DNA of 59,267 nucleotides from an uncultured Clostridiaceae bacterium (GTDB lineage Bacteria; Bacillota_I; Bacilli_A; RFN20; CAG-288): NCBI GenBank assembly GCA_964427595.1, contig CAYRUQ010000005.1, positions 1 to 59,267 of the forward strand, read 5' to 3'. Shown piece by piece: positions 59,084 to 59,267 of this stretch (position 1 is its first letter; each line of letters starts with the position of its first letter). The notes under the pieces were generated by a model. It saw only the letters and a program-made list of their open reading frames with translations, ran no database searches and was not told where the DNA came from. The position numbers and the translations under genes were made by a program.

Positions 59084-59150
59084 TGAATGCGCTTTACACA
59101 AAAATTATACTTTGCTCGCCGATATCAAACAACTTGCAAATGCGGTAAAC
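59084..59150 (-). promoter_or_regulatory. gal promoter flanked by two LacI/cre-like boxes
   Basis: Minus-strand TTGTTT-17-TATAAT (59104-59132); boxes TGAATGCGCTTTAC (59084-59097) and CAAATGCGGTAAAC (59137-59150). Confidence 0.55.
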
Positions 59151-59267
59151 GACCGATAAAAAGCCGTTTTGGCAAGGTTCATTTAATTGAAAACTGATTT
59201 TAGTCTTGTATTACCTGTCTTTCGCCAATTTTAATCAAAATGTAGTGCTTTTTAGCTTACTTGAGAA

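Noticed and set aside
1-59267. CRISPR array, tRNA/rRNA, IS element, prophage, or known riboswitch
   Set aside because: No regularly spaced repeats, cloverleaf, transposase or phage genes, or recognisable riboswitch core were seen by eye; a cmscan/tRNAscan run would be needed to exclude them formally

Overview
59-kb chromosomal window from a low-GC Bacillota genome. The gene set (Firmicutes-type GalT, SDR-type UxuB, CIRCE/HrcA, cre boxes, many acidic lipoproteins) suggests an uncultured gut or rumen Bacilli-like lineage; that placement is inference. Housekeeping blocks: hrcA-grpE-dnaK-dnaJ with tandem CIRCE, adhE plus a kinase-fold gene, rpmB, glgC-glgD-glgA, ftsK-(M16 pair)-acpS-pulA-plsC, and galK-galT. 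These are interleaved with carbohydrate modules: two double-membrane-anchored circularly permuted GH3 glycosidases with unusual partner genes, a GH2 beta-glucuronidase-type enzyme with an AraC regulator and a complete uxuA-uxuB-uxaC-eda-kdgK pathway, and a GPH transporter with a long coiled-coil tail. The main unexplained signal is an ORF-free ~190-nt unit at ~14882-15074 (+). It has a perfect -10 box, two stem-loops exposing anti-Shine-Dalgarno loops, two more single-stranded anti-SD motifs, and a terminator, so it is a candidate undescribed RBS-targeting sRNA; its loops are complementary to the RBS of glgC, glgD, adhE and the GPH transporter in this window. Also notable: a JetABC/MksBEF-like SMC operon with no adjacent JetD nuclease, a GHKL sensor kinase frameshifted at an A6 run, an M16 peptidase pair that has lost HxxEH, and a window-wide set of cre-like operators. 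No CRISPR array, rRNA, tRNA or IS element was seen. All calls come from reading motifs by eye; no database search was run.
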